DNA of 63,355 nt, counting the filler, from Octopus bimaculoides (Eukaryota): NCBI RefSeq assembly GCF_001194135.2. It is 7 parts of 7 records of this genome, joined end to end, with 100 filler letters (N's around TTAATTAATTAA, not from the genome) between each part and the next. Parts side by side here need not be neighbours in the genome. Positions count along the whole stretch, not along the records: positions 39,379 to 63,355 come from NC_068991.1; 6 more parts are not named here. The stretch is one strand, 5' to 3'. This document shows, one piece after another, positions 63,291 to 63,355 of the stretch. Position 1 is the stretch's first letter. Every line of letters starts with the position of its first letter. The notes under the pieces are model-generated. The model ran no database searches. It was not told the DNA's origin and saw nothing but the letters and a program-made list of their open reading frames with translations. The position numbers and the translations under genes were made by a program.

Positions 63291-63355
63291 ACCTATGTAT
63301 CCAGGGCCAGATTTATGGGGGGGGAGCAATTGCCTGAGACATCTAGATATTGGGG

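Noticed and set aside
669-63315. hAT-like TIRs (TAATCCGGCCCTG at 669-681; CAGGGCCAGATTTA at 63302-63315) as ends of one giant element
   Set aside because: They face outward: each closes or opens a separate small element.

Overview
AT-rich, gap-riddled eukaryotic (animal) genomic window with dense microsatellites and decayed transposons. The SINE families and repeat style point to an octopus draft assembly (inference). There is no rRNA, genuine tRNA or CRISPR array. Two host-gene signals are solid: an intact single-coding-exon DUF229-family (alkaline-phosphatase-superfamily) type II membrane protein (16737-18677, +), and one 173-nt internal exon of a GT8 glucoside xylosyltransferase (GXYLT1/2, Shams-like; 46778-46950, +) whose neighbouring exons I could not find. 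The rest is mostly fossil mobile DNA: RTE, CR1/L2, Tx1/L1-like and RLE-type (R4/Dong/NeSL-like) LINEs, Penelope-like elements, a Gypsy LTR element, piggyBac, mariner, Tc1, Tigger/pogo, Helitron and several tRNA-derived SINEs. The most unusual structures are: (i) two inverted piggyBac copies that share 22 bp of donor flank at one end only, suggesting aberrant or one-ended transposition; (ii) a series of candidate minus-strand micro-exons, including a duplicated 12-nt module; (iii) possible nesting of the DUF229 gene in a very large GXYLT intron. I cannot demonstrate a wholly new biological system from the sequence alone; these are testable leads. Boundaries of decayed elements are approximate and all similarities were judged by eye.
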